Position numbers and translations under genes: made by a program
Part shown: in pieces, positions 1 to 15,479 of the stretch
Numbering within the stretch: position 1 is the first letter of the stretch
How the letters are laid out: each line of letters starts with the position of its first letter
Notes under the pieces: model-generated
Told to the model about the DNA's origin: nothing
Databases searched by the model: none
The model's input: only the letters and a program-made list of their open reading frames with translations
Source of the DNA: Nemertoderma westbladi
Taxonomy: Eukaryota > Animalia > Xenacoelomorpha
Assembly: GCA_032718475.1 (NCBI GenBank)
Contig: JAUCBJ010007676.1
Span: 1-54,975 of the forward strand
Length of the DNA: 54,975 bases
Reading direction: 5' to 3'

Positions 1-3000
1 CAACCACTTCTTTGAGTAAGTCGTTTATCAATTTATCCAAAACAGAATCCTGAAGTCTTAGTGCCACTTCATGGAATGCCGAAAATATTATTCTTATACG
101 CAACACTCTCTGCACCACTTCGAAATCTAATGAGGGATCAATAACTTGTGTACTCTGCTCAGCATGGAGTCGAATTTTAAGTTGCTCAATTTGTTTACTA
201 AAGCCTTGCTTAAATGTTCTCGCCATCCTTTGATAAGTCATGGATTCTGTCACTGATTTTGGCATTTTTAATTTTTGTAACTCTTCTACAGTAGCATCAC
301 CTAGGTTAAAAAACCTGTGTAACTTGGGGAAATTGTGCTGGCGTAATACCTCTCTTTGAAACTCACCTGCAGAATATCCCGCATGGAGTGTTGATGTTGG
401 TTTATAAGTCTCTATTGCCTCTAGCAGGCGGATTAATTGATTCGGTGGCAGCCTCGTTAAGGGATCTTTAAACGAGGTGTCAGAACCAGAACCTTTAGAT
501 GAACTGACTTCACTTACACTAGCTGGAATGGATTCAGATTGGGGGTGTGAAGCCTCACCTATTATCGGTCCACCTATTGTATTATGAGAGGCCTGGTTAC
601 CTTGTATAATTTCATTGTCAGGCAATACAGTCATGTTCATGTCATTTCTACTGTAAATACCATCCCTGTCAGAATTGGAACTGTCACTACTATAAGTGGG
701 ACTTCTTTGTGTTCTGACGTCCACACTTGCTGCTTGTTCTCGCTGGGAAGTCTTATTTTTCCATTTTTGCAAGTCTTTGTCCAACTCAGTATCCTTACTT
801 GCCTGTACTAACCCTTTCCTTTTACTCTGTGCCCTAGTGCCGATCACAGATCTACGACGATCTACAAGCCGTGTGTCAGTTATTTGGACTTCCCTACTAT
901 GTATTCTAACTGGGGGATGTACAGCTGCTGGACTTCTTGCTGGAGGAGGGGTTCTCAAAATCTTGTCACGGACTTCAAACCCATCACTACTAGAAGCATT
1001 ACTGGGTGCGGACATAAAAGAATTGTTATTTAAAGTAGATTTATGATCATCCATGTTAATTAATTAATTAAATATAATTAATTAAAAAGATCCAATCTAT
1101 AATTTATTTATAAACTGTAGCGCCTGCAAATAATTAATAATTATTAATGCAGTATATATAGTTTGTCAGTCAGTTGATTTCTGCAACAGAAATAAGCCAC
1201 GCCACCTACTGATAGAAAGATAACAAGTGCTGGTTAAAGAAATGCTAGTGCTGGATATTCCCGTAAGGAGTCGCCTTTGCCTAACACCCTCAGATGAAAT
1301 TACACTGGTGGAAGCTACTGTAGCTATCTGATTGGCGATGCCTATATGGATAATTCAATTTAATAGGGCTTGACAGTAAATGGCTTATACTAAGGCAGTC
1401 AGAGGAGATAACAAATGGCCCTCCTTGTTCGCTCAGTTACCTACAATAATTATCAAGGCAGTATGGGCTGATGTTAAAGCTTTCTGTTACAAGCTATTGT
1501 ATTGTACTCTCTTGGCAATGTTCCAATATAGACTAACAGTAACTGGGTCGACTGCAGGGAAGTTAATTCGATATATTGGCAGTTCCGAGTAACTTGTATG
1601 CCTGTAATGAATGATATAGACAAGTTATATTGATGCCGTATGTCTATGAAATAAATGTGACCAAATTGCTTTGGTATATAGATTATTCTTATATTCCTGC
1701 AATATAAATTAATCTACTACAGAATGATAATGCAATAGAACGTACCTAATGATAATGCGTACTTAATATACAAAGAAAATTATTACAAATCAAAATATTA
1801 CAAATCAATGGATAGGACAATTTAACGGGTTAGATTTATCAGGGGAGTAAATTTATGTTTATAGCTGGAATTTAATTCCAACTATTTTGGGACTTCGGAT
1901 TTTGCTTTCAACAATATTTATCATCTGTCGCACACAATTCCACTGTCAGGTTACGAACACACATAGACTTATGGTACGCCGAGACCTGCATAGATTTACA
2001 ACGTCGAGTCTGACACGTGGAAGTTTCCCCAGCCTCCGAAACCGAACAGCGTCAAGGGAGAAACTCTTTAATTGCATACAATTTTCAAGCAAACACTGCT
2101 GTCCACAGGAATAAATTTTGCTTAGCCTTACCCGCTGGTAAGCAAAATTTAATAACTTGATATCAGGAACTCGTGCTTACAATAAGAAATACGTCTGCTC
2201 AGTTACCCAACGATCATCGATACCCTATTCGCACGTAGCTAGGAATCTTACTGTCGATCTGCCGCTGAACGCAATACAACTGAGCGTTCAAATCCCTTAC
2301 CGTACTCACTATACCGAACACCAACAGGATTGATATGGGACCAATTAATCCAGTTTTCATGCAGTCAAGACGGGAACAGCACAAACACATTCAGTCACCT
2401 GAATCACACTCACAAATAAGCAATTCACAATCGAAACACAAACAACACAGTACAGAAAAATTTCTTCAAATACCTCTCCCAGAATATTTAGATAGATACT
2501 CGATTTACTATTAAGACGAGATTGACACCAAGCGAGATATAATTACGCAAGGGACGTCCGGGACGTCCTATCAAAAAGGTGGGGGACACGCAGTTCGTTA
2601 GCCGCTTGAAATATTTGAGTGCAGAATCTACACTGAACTATTAAATGCTACAACAATAAATGTACATACTGTAAATGTAAACATTCAGGTAAATAAATTT
2701 TTACAACTCCTATTCTATACACAGTAAATCTATTTATAACACCGACAGTTGTAAACCTAAAATATTCTATTCAGGGTGCGCAGTCCTAAATAGCCTACTC
2801 TAGAATTACAGATAAGGACAATGCAACAATAAATGCAACACTAAACTTACGACCAGCTGTATATACAAGAAACGGGCGCTAGTAACCGTTACTTGTACTC
2901 GTAGAATAATTTATTGTTGCATATAAAACTGGCGTTACTATAAACAGATTTGAAACCCCGTATAAATAGTTCCTTTAAGTTGTGTGTCTGGACTGCTTAC

Positions 3001-3924
3001 GTCTTTATGTCTAACTGAAAACTGTATTCATTCTAGACTTATGGAAGTCGGATTTATGAAACTGACAATCCGAGATACCGATGTCACAGGAATTAATTTT
3101 GTGCACGTATTAAAATATGTTAGTTTGCTATTAATATTAGGCGTCATATGACAATACTGTAACACACACCCCAATGCGATGAGTTGCAATACCGTACAGT
3201 CTATAGACCACCAACCTCAATGTTATTGTGCTACCAACGTTAATCAACAACGGAATGACTTGAATCCATTCTCTTTATCTTTATCGATAACATAATAATA
3301 ACATAAATCGCAATAATTCAAATGATATAACAAATTAATTAATAGACAAACAATAAATCGACATAATACGAATCAATATCACAAATTGACATCGGTAATA
3401 TCACGTATTGACGTGAATATTCCGACCCACAAATCTACTAACAGCTAGTGAGTTGTTAACTAATAAATCTTCAATAGTTAGGCTGACCAACTGATATAAT
3501 GCTATACTATATATAGGCTGGGGCTGGTAAGCTGAATGCAAATGGGTATTAGCCAATCAGAGCTATTCTGCATGGCCCTTGCCGTATAACATAATATTTC
3601 TCTGGCAGAAGTAAATTAACAATATGGGGCAAGCCTGCGAGGTAAATGCCATTCACTAGTGGCATTAACACAGCCAGATACTATAGTCAGCCAGTCCCGG
3701 TAGCTTTATAGGTCCTGGTAGTAGCATTAGGTCCGTGGCGTTAGGTCCTGGCAGCCTAGCGTTAGGGCCGTGCCATTCCGTCAGTAAGTCCAGTCTGCCT
3801 ACGTAACCAAGCAGGTTAGTAAAGGAGCAGGTTACATAGACGAGTTGAAAGGAACCAAAACTTAAACGCGAGAGTTAGGAATAATTTAATTGAGAATTAG
3901 GACCGATTTGGACCTAACGCTACA
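1..3924 (-). mobile_element. 5' portion (putative LTR, long 5' UTR, gag start) of a BEL/Pao LTR retrotransposon related to the 15480-33212 element
   Basis: Gag homology as above. The LTR is tentatively 3924 (TGTAGCG on -) to 2894 or 3158 (both end TACA on -). Limits cannot be confirmed because the partner LTR is outside the window. Confidence 0.55.
2..1054 (-). CDS. N-terminal part of a BEL/Pao-type gag polyprotein (runs off the window edge)
   Basis: Not in the ORF track. Manual translation from ATG 1054 (MDDHKS...) appears open to position 2. It shares blocks with the 21125 ORF: DRRRSVIGTRAQSKR/QHRRSIIGTRAQVKR, FKDPLTRLP/YSDPLLTLP, LGDATVEEL/LSEATWEDI, RVLRIRIIFSAFHE/RTLRIRLILSAFEE. Confidence 0.85.
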   Translation of the reverse strand, partial: MDDHKSTLNNNSFMSAPSNASSSDGFEVRDKILRTPPPARSPAAVHPPVRIHSREVQITDTRLVDRRRSVIGTRAQSKRKGLVQASKDTELDKDLQKWKNKTSQREQAASVDVRTQRSPTYSSDSSNSDRDGIYSRNDMNMTVLPDNEIIQGNQASHNTIGGPIIGEASHPQSESIPASVSEVSSSKGSGSDTSFKDPLTRLPPNQLIRLLEAIETYKPTSTLHAGYSAGEFQREVLRQHNFPKLHRFFNLGDATVEELQKLKMPKSVTESMTYQRMARTFKQGFSKQIEQLKIRLHAEQSTQVIDPSLDFEVVQRVLRIRIIFSAFHEVALRLQDSVLDKLINDLLKEVV

Positions 3925-4297
3925 TTACCACTGACTATGTAGGCCTACACTTTGCAGTTTGTAGGGCCTAATTAAGACGTTCCATACAGGAAATATTTCC
4001 ATATTATACATACACACACACGCACCGACATACAATCAGACATACAAAGATATTAATTGACTTTTCAATGTTGATTAAAGCATCGCCCTGACTTGGAAAA
4101 TTGACGTGTTTACATAATTCGACTCAATTGTTTATTATTATTATTTGTTATATTTGTTATTTATTATTATTATTATTATCAATCGGTCACTTTTATTTGT
4201 TAGACAGTTTTTACAATTCAGAAAGTGCACAATTCAGAAATTTAAATAGGGCCTACATTTTCATTTTAAAATATTTTTACTACGGTTTGTATAACGA

Positions 4298-4329
4298 TCA
4301 ATGTTGGCTAAATAAATGAATACGAGTCC

Positions 4330-4336
<7 letters not shown>
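4298..4336 (+). repeat. Left arm of a 39-bp inverted repeat (partner 7310-7348)
   Basis: TCAATGTTGGCTAAATAAATGAATACGAGTCCATGTTCT matches the reverse complement of 7310-7348 at 38/39 positions. Confidence 0.9.
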
Positions 4337-7250
<2,914 letters not shown>

Positions 7251-7309
7251 GGACCCGCAACAGTTTTAGACGTTATGTATCAGAAAACATTTACTTGTAT
7301 TCGTAATAG

Positions 7310-7348
7310 AGAACATGGACTCGTATTCATTTATTTAGCCAATATTGA
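7310..7348 (-). repeat. Right arm of the 39-bp inverted repeat (partner 4298-4336)
   Basis: AGAACATGGACTCGTATTCATTTATTTAGCCAATATTGA; weaker similarity extends about 10 bp outward. Confidence 0.9.
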
Positions 7349-7369
7349 ATTTTGTACAGTACATGTAAA

Positions 7370-7683
7370 CTTAGAACTTGCAACAGTGGGCGTAAGGCGG
7401 ACTCCGAGTGGAAGAGAATACCAAATATTGGGCGCAGCTACAGCAAAATATCGATTACAGTGGCTCTCTAGGTTAAATCGTGGGATGATGGCGAGACCCT
7501 GGTCATTGGAGCGCAGTGGGCGTGGTTGATAGTGTGGATGCAAGAGATCAGTAAAATAGGCCGGACCCATATTACTGTATTAAGGCACACTTACTGTATA
7601 TGTCAAAAGTGCAAATTTATTATCAATATGGCGCAGAATAGGCAGCCAATGAAGATCACGCAACACTGGTGTAAATGTGCTCT
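7370..7683 (-). mobile_element. Decayed 3' fragment of an L2/CR1-group LINE ORF2
   Basis: Minus strand gives H(I)TPVLRDLHWLP and PRPLRSNDQGLAIIPR...NRYFAVAAPNIWYSLP, typical of the L2/CR1 ORF2 C-terminus; frameshifted. Confidence 0.8.
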
Positions 7684-7789
7684 GTTTTACCGAAACGTAA
7701 CTTTATTGCCGAATTACTACTCTTGCCGAACGTGATAGTTGCCGAAACGCGATGTAACCACTGCGTTGCGACGTACAGTAGCTGTATGT

Positions 7790-8435
7790 AAGTGGTCGCC
7801 AGGCGCCCGCAGTCTGTCTGTAACTGGTCGCCAGGCGTTAGCAGTTGCCTGTATCTGGTAGCCAGGCGCTAGCAGTCTGCCTGTAACTGGTATCCAGACG
7901 CATGCAGGAGTCTGCCTGTAACTGGTATCCAGACGCCCGCAGTCTGTCTGTAACTGGTAGCCAGGCACCAGCAGTCTGTCTGTATCTTATGGTAGGCAGG
8001 CGCTAGCAGTCTGCCTTATCTGGTATTCAGATGCCCGCAGTCTGTCTGTAACTGGTAGCCAGGCGCCAGCAGTCTGTCTGTATCTGGTAGCCAGGCGCTA
8101 GCAGTCTGCCTGTAACTGGTATCCAGACGCCCGCAGTCTGTCTGTAACTGGTAGCCAGGCACCAGCAGTCTGTCTGTATCTTATGGTAGGCAGGCGCTAG
8201 CAGTCTGCCTTATCTGGTATTCAGATGCCCGCAGTCTGTCTGTAACTGGTAGCCAGGCGCCAGCAGTTTGTCTGTATCTGGTAGCCAGGCGCCAGCAGTC
8301 TGCCTGAAACATGGTAACCAGGTGCCAGGATTCTGTCTGTAACTGGTAGCCAGGCGCCAGCAGTCTGCCTGTAACTGGTAGCCAGTCGGCAGCAGTCTGT
8401 CTGTAACTGGTACTGTAGCCAGTCGGCAGCGGTCT
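7790..8435. repeat. About 32-bp minisatellite (~20 copies)
   Basis: Consensus GCAGTCTGTCTGTAACTGGTAGCCAGGCGCCA with variant units. Confidence 0.92.
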
Positions 8436-8603
8436 TTCTGTGACAGTTAATCATAAGAATGTAATTTAAAGTGATAACTAAAACACAGTGGTATCTATAC
8501 TAAGGTACTAATAATTGTTCTATAAAGGTCTTAATACTTGCCGCCTTTGATTGCCTTTAATAGACTTTATTCATTGCATAAGTAATTGCCTTTGTCAAAA
8601 GTG

Positions 8604-8613
8604 TATAAATAGG
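8604..8613 (+). promoter_or_regulatory. Candidate TATA box of the fibrinogen-related gene
   Basis: GTATAAATAG about 90 bp upstream of ATG 8697. Confidence 0.5.
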
Positions 8614-8696
8614 AGGGGTTTTAGGCCTTAAAACCATTCTCTATCAGAAAATTATCATAACTTTAGTTACAAAGTTATTTACAAAATACTGTAAAA

Positions 8697-11600
8697 ATGT
8701 CACCCGTAAGTCTTAAACTATTTTCTCTGCTGTCAGCTCTTTTCCTACTCCAGGTAAGTTTATTTAATGCATAAAGTATTCATTTAGCGTTGTTATCTGA
8801 ATTATTCATTTAATAATTTGCTCACGTGAATAAAAAACCCTTTATTAAGGATGTTAGATTTATTCATCAAAACAAAAAAAAAATGTTTTCTCACAGAATT
8901 ATTCCACAAACAGAAATTGTATTTAAACGATTAGCATCCTAGAGAGAGTGACAACGTATACATGACTGTAGCCAACAGCCAGTTCCTCACAAACTGTCTG
9001 TTAGTTATTCAGTTCACATTTATTTTGGTTTTTGTCCGAGTATTGCAGACTGGTTTGCTATTATTATGGCCTCTCCCAGTCTGATGTGTCCGGATATCCA
9101 TATTGGTTGTCCAGTTGTCCTTTTTAGTTGTCTAGTTGTTCGTATAGGTTATCCCCGTCACCACCATTTGGTGTCACCTTGTCCATAACAGGTCTCCCCA
9201 TGTCGCGTTGGATATCCGTCTGTCCACGTCTGTTTCCCTGTCCACGTCTTATTCCCATGTCCACATTTGTTGTCCCGTTGTCCCCACACCAATTGTAGCC
9301 CAACTCATATCAGTTTTCTTGTAATATTGTAATATGTGGTGGATTTATCAACATTTTCTATGACAGGCCCACTTTTTGGAGTAGCATGTAAAATAATATT
9401 AGCGATGATAACACTTAATAAGTTAAACAGTATTATTATTTATTTAGTAAATGTATTATTATTTCATCAATAGCTCTGCCGTGTAATGTGAAAAGACCGC
9501 AAGTCACAAAAAGTCATTTCGAGATTGTTGGTTTAAAATGTCCGTAAATTACTAATTTTTTATAACCCTACGCAATTGGGGGTGGGAAATTTTTCTATGT
9601 GATTATTGTTCACTTTCCATTAATATTTTGACGTCAGAGTTATTTTTTGTACTTACGCTATTTTTGCATTGTACAACTTATATGTAAATACATATTTCAA
9701 GACACATATTTCAATAAAACCGTATTTGCGTTTTCTTAATATCTATGCAATGACAAAACACCGAAGGTCTTGTTTTTTTGTTCGGTTTTTTTTGCATAAA
9801 TTTAAATAGTTGCGGTCTTTTTTCTTTGTAACATTATATTTCAATTTCAATTTCAAATTCATTATGTAACATTATGTTGTGACTTACGGCCTTTCTACAT
9901 TGCATATCTCGAGAACTAGAGTACATACGGTGTTCTCGATTATACCATTAGGTAGAGCGCATTATTTTTAGACCCAGAAAAAGTGAATTTTGAAAAAATG
10001 CGACTTACGGTCTTTTTACATTGTACGGCAGAGCTATTTATAATTTATTTATTATTACAGGCAAATGATGGACAATGTGGAGCCATTAATGTAAGTTTAT
10101 TACAGTCATTGGTCCATATAAGAGACAAGTTTTGAACTTCGTTGGGTTCTGTGTAAAAATGTAAACACTGGACTTCCTCAGAAATTATGTAATAAGGGGT
10201 TTCCCGGGGCGTAGAATCCATTTTTCCGGGTCTCGAAAGTTGATTTCGCCTAGCAGTTGCTGATTTTTGAAGAAATGTTGCATGTCTCAAATTTGGCATC
10301 GATTCCCTAATGTGAGACAAGAAATTCAATTGTAATTTTTTTTAATAACTAACATGAAATAACCTCTTAAATATTACGGAGAATCTTGTTAGGTTCTTAC
10401 AGCCTTTATTTGAGACAAAAGATCTGTAATTATTTGGCTATAGGAGCCCCTTGAAGTTTATATTGAATTTGTCTCACGTTTGGGTCCATGTCTCAAATTA
10501 GGCAGAATGACTACTATGACAGTGCTGTACTAAACTTAATGACTGTACTGAAGTAACAGTGTGACTTTCGGAAAGAATTCAGATGCAATTATAATGTATG
10601 TGTATAGGGGGCCTATGGTTTCTATACTTCAGATACTTGATACAAAGGCCTAGCCTACATTTGTCTCTTGTTATGGTTATAACTTCCTTGTCTCAAATTA
10701 GGGGAAATTCATGGAAACCGATACCATATTAAAGACAGTAGTCAAATGTAAAACTATGAAATCTTTACCACATAAAAATAGTTATATATAAAAATATAGC
10801 CTTTTTACTATAAAACGTCATAATTTCGAGAATCAGGTCAAAGTGGAATGCAAAAATCTCATATCGATTTTAAAACCTTAAAATTTATGAAAAAAAGCTT
10901 CGATTTTTGACGGGCCGCTAGAATATTATAAGTATATCCAATCCGGTTGAATTATACCTAACGATGTACAGGAATGGTTACAGATCATTATTCGAATTAG
11001 TTTTAAGTAGGTTTCTGTAATTATTTGGCTATAGGGGCCCCTTGAAGTTGATATTGAATTTGTCTCACGTTTGGGTCCATGTCTCAAATTAGGCAGAATG
11101 ACTGTAGTTATTTTAAATTATTATTTTAAATGTAATTTCATGCGATTTCATAGATATTGTAAATGGTGACAAAGTTGAGTTGAATTCATAAAAGTTATAA
11201 AAATATTTCCTAACAGGTTATGGAGTTGGAAGAACAGAATACAGAGTTGGAGGGAAATATTAATGGGTTGTGTGACCAAATAAAAGATATACTTACAAAC
11301 CTAACTAACCAACTCGATGAGCTAAATAACGATGTTAATTTCTTAACCAGTAATTATTTGTAACATAATTATTTGCCGTGTTGAAGTCCTTCAGTTTTAT
11401 TATTATGTTTTTATTTATTTGTATGGAATTAATTTCGCACTACCGAATCGCCAGGCCGACATATTTCCTAACTTTATATCGCAGTGCGACATTATTTCTC
11501 AGTATGTCCCTACGCCATACATTTACTATGTATTTCAGTATATCCAGTATGTCACCGCGTCATTGTTAGGTTGTTATATAAAGTTTAAGTGCAAAACTAC

Positions 11601-12466
11601 AAATAATTCTACCACATAAATCTTTTACGGCCCTCGTTTTATTATTTCACTAAACAAAATCACTCGTGCCGTAACGCTATAATGTGCTATTTTATGAGCA
11701 ACGACGTAATATAGTTAGTATTTAATTGCTCTAAATGTTGGGTCGAAATGCCGCCGTTTAATGATTTCCCTAGAGAACTCCAACCCAACCACTGATCAGA
11801 TGTGTGCAGAGGATTTAAAGATTTTAATAAACAATTTCAATTAATAATATTTCCTAACAGAATAAAGAGTTGAAAGACCAGTTTACAGAGTTAAAACTTT
11901 ATAAGCTAATAGCGCAAAATGTTGGAGTAAAGATTCAGCAAAGAGTTGATGGATCTGTTGACTTCTATCGCAACTGGGATGAATATGTTGAAGGATTTGG
12001 CGACCCGAATACCAACTTTTGGTTGGGGTTGGAGATGATCCACAAGCTGAGTAAAAACGGGGTGAAGTTGAGAGTCGATTTGTGGTTCACTGGAAGTGGA
12101 CGGACATATCCCAATAGTATTATTACAAAGAATTACAACAACGAACACAAATACGCGGAATACAACAACTTCTCTATCGGATCAGCTGCAACTAATTACA
12201 CCCTAAATGTATCCGGTTACCATGGTACTGCTGGTGACTCATTGGAGTATACGCACAACGGTCAGCCATTCTCCACCAAGGACCGCGATAATGACGGGAG
12301 CGGTTGGAACTGCGCCGTAGAATATACTGGGGCGTGGTGGTACACTCGCTGCGCGGACAGTAACTTGAACGGAGAATATGGTGGGGGGTGGTCGCTAGGA
12401 CCTTATTGGGATCATTTTACTGTAAGGAATCCGGCTTCTCGAGTAGAAATGAAGATTTGGATTTAG
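8697..12466 (+). CDS. Secreted fibrinogen-related protein (FReP; ficolin/tenascin-like FBG domain), multi-exon
   Basis: Exon 8697-8753 MSPVSLKLFSLLSALFLLQ (signal peptide, CAG|GTAAGT); exon 10061-10090 ANDGQCGAIN (ACAG|...|GTAAGT); exon 11217-~11349 coiled coil VMELEEQNTELEG...; possible mini-exon 11774-11811; last exon 11861-12466 with QRVDGSVDFYRNW.EY..GFG, FWLGLE.IH, GTAGDSL, FSTKDRDND, NCA...GAWWY..C..SNLNG. AATAAA signals follow at about 12548 and 12558. Middle exon junctions are uncertain. Confidence 0.85.
9473..10034. mobile_element. MITE (non-autonomous DNA transposon) in intron 1
   Basis: About 35-bp imperfect TIRs: GCTCTGCCGTGTAATGTGAAAAGACCGCAAGTC versus right-end revcomp GCTCTGCCGTACAATGTAAAAAGACCGTAAGTC; TA on both sides. 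Confidence 0.85.
10103..11104. mobile_element. Tc1/mariner-pogo-like non-autonomous element in intron 2
   Basis: TA|CAGTCATT...AATGACTG|TA with imperfect TIRs containing GAGACA; the right-end ~90 bp is duplicated internally (about 10425-10512 and 11015-11103). Confidence 0.7.
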
Positions 12467-14271
12467 TAAAACTGTAAGTTTTATATAAAATTACTAAATA
12501 ATTCCAATAGAGTTGCGTTGGAAACTAACTTTTACATTTAATTATAAAATAAATATAAATAAAATATATTTTGCTGAAAAGTTAATAATAATTATTAATA
12601 ATAATGAGTTCCGGAATAAATATCGTTTTTTACTATAAAATTATTTACTTTAACGTTTTTATTATTTATTTTGCAGTTTGAATTCCCAATAAGTTTTCGA
12701 AGAGACTGAATCTTGGCTATTCTGCTATATGTTACCAGTTTATATGTGTGATGGTTATGGGTTATTGGTTTATGTTTGGTTAATATTTACAATATATTAA
12801 TAAATTATAGTTGCAATAACTTAACTTTATTTACTTAACTTGCTGTTAGACCAGGAGGGGCCGGTTGCATATAAATCAACCTTAGCTAAGGTGCACCTTA
12901 ACTCATAAGTGTTGCCTTAAATATTTCAACATCCGTATCAGTTGTCTGCCTAATATTACCTAATATATTTTATAGAAACATTTTGAGAACGTCGGAGGAG
13001 TTCCGAGAGCAAAATTTGGACTTTTCAAAATCAGCTGATATAATTAAACAAATTAATTGTTAATTAAAATTCTTTATTACCTAATAATATACAAATAAAT
13101 CCTATTATATTTTAACGCCTCTGTTTGAATATCGCCAGTTATTGGGTTTCTGGAACGGTTCCTGTGCCAAAGCGAGGGAGCGAAGAGGAGTCCTAAATGA
13201 ACCGGAATCAGGAGCTGTCATACCAACCCGGATATATTCCGAGCGATCAGTCGCCCTGACTACGGGGGTCGGGTAGACACGGGGGAAGCGGGAGTGGGGT
13301 CGGAATGATTCCGAGGTGGCGGCCCGGAATACAGGAGGGATATCAAGCGATATCCCCGCGGTAGTATCCGGGGTTACAGACGAGTCTCGGTTGAAACTCC
13401 TCCGGTAAACCGACGTGTAGGGCCGGGTACCTCGCCCAGCTGTGTCACTCACCCACTCGATGTGGTTCGCAGACAGATGCTGCCGCTTATCTCCGTAGGA
13501 TTTAAACTTCCCAAACTTCTCGTCAAAATAAACCCCGTAGTCGCGCGTCTGGTGTCGGTTGTCGAGGAAAGAAAAAGGGTTTCCAGTTTTATATTCTCGA
13601 TTTGTTTAGGAAATCCGGCGGTATTCTTTAGGTAGAAGCGTCGCGTCTTTGCGAAAGTTCTAGAACATTATTGTTGCCAGAGTGTCGGTAGATATATGTC
13701 ATCATTTCCCTGCATTCGTGTTCTCTCGGATTGCCAATGGTGGCGCCTCGTTTCTATGGTAATACCACGTATGGTCTATTGGTAACCATGGTGACCAAGG
13801 TTGGCTAGCTTTCGGCATACTCAGAGAATATAGTTCGTCGAATTAATAATGAAGATACATTTTATTTCATTCTACGTCTAACACTAGCAAATTTATATAA
13901 AGTAACTCAATATACCCACTCGAGGTAGAGTCGTACTTTGTAAATAAAAATATACAACATAAAAATACCGGTTAATAACGATACAGTAATTTTGATTAAA
14001 TTTGAAAATAATTACAAAAAATAAACAAATCCACAAACATGCTAATATTAATACAACCAACCCGAGAATAAGTCGGCCGTTAATTAGATTGGCATTAACG
14101 GTGTATTGATTACCCCTCCGTGTTGCCAAGCAATAATTCTCTCAAGGTAATAGATGTTGCCATTCGCTACTCCATTGGGGTGCATTATTTGATTGGAGTT
14201 GCATTTAATGTAGGATAAACAACCATATTATACATTTTTGTTTTGAGTCGTTGGCGCTAATTTACCCACCT

Positions 14272-14295
14272 GGGGGGGGGGGGGGGGGGGGGGGG
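14272..14295 (+). repeat. G24 homopolymer, followed by four GACACG(T/A)A short repeats
   Basis: Direct reading. Confidence 0.9.
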
Positions 14296-15479
14296 TTATA
14301 AAGCACACGCTACCCAATTAGCGACACGTATTGACACGTAATTTAGTGACACGAATTTTAGTGACACGTATTTTAGTGACACGTATTGAAATTAATATTA
14401 CTCTACGTCCTACGATACGTGAATTATATCAAATTTTGTCAACTACACGGAAAAACCAATAAGGACATAAAATCAGGTTAAATTAGTAAAACTTTTTATT
14501 ATCTTATTTGCACTACTTGTTTTTTTCGTGCCCCAGGGGGCCACATTCAAAATGACCAGAAATTTTCTCGAATGTTATACAGTATTTGAGTTCTATAATC
14601 GCGATCAGCATCCAAAAAAACCGCTACATACTACAAATAAATTTATTCTAGCGAGACATAATTATAACAATTTTAGCACGAAAAATAATTTTGATGGGTT
14701 TCAGTGAAAGTCAACATAGGTCATATTCCTACTGTTGTAAGAGACAGTAACAAATTATACCGCAATATCCTACTGTAAAGTTTGTGAATCAAGGCATAAT
14801 CCAACCTTCTCACCAAAACAGTAACCTCTAAGTAAGCGAACCTATTGCAGTATTGGTCTCTTATAACCGGTGAGGCAGAAGACAGTCTACGAACGGACAA
14901 ACTTCGATAAAACAAAATCCCGCGCAGCGAATCCTAATAATCGTGCTGACTCACTGACGGACTAAAAGCGCTCGTATACTTTGCCGCGGTGTGATTTATA
15001 TGGTGTGGGTGAGAGAGACGCTAGCTAAAATATAACTAGCGGGCAAAGCTGCGGTATGGACAAAATTATTTTATATATTTCGAGGTGTAAATAATTCCTA
15101 ACGCGTGTGTGTTTTGATTCTAGGTCAAATTGATTTTGTAATCCTTCATGTAATATCATTTACTGGGTCCGGTGTACATTTTACAAATATTCTAATTTGG
15201 TAGTTTGTAGGTCTAATACTTACAAATGATAAGGCTCCTTCCCCTTTTGTGTATTTCCAGGACTGTGCCTGTGTCTTATCTGTGTACTGGTATCTCTCTG
15301 CCTATCCTCTCCTCCCGTAGAAACATGAAGGGTTTCCGCAGGTTTTTCCTGAATCAAAATAATACGGTTCCTAAATTTAAATTTTTGGCGTACAGTGTGT
15401 CGCTACTTCTACCTTCGATCTCAGGTCTTATACTTGGTAGCGAAGCATCGAACACTGTCTAACCTTTCAGGCGATGGGG

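Noticed and set aside
2881-3420. Self-priming complement for the left-edge BEL element
   Set aside because: The LTR boundary is unknown (2894 or 3158). With 2894 no complement was found; with 3158 there is only a 6-7 nt match in a hairpin near 3400-3418, too weak to count.
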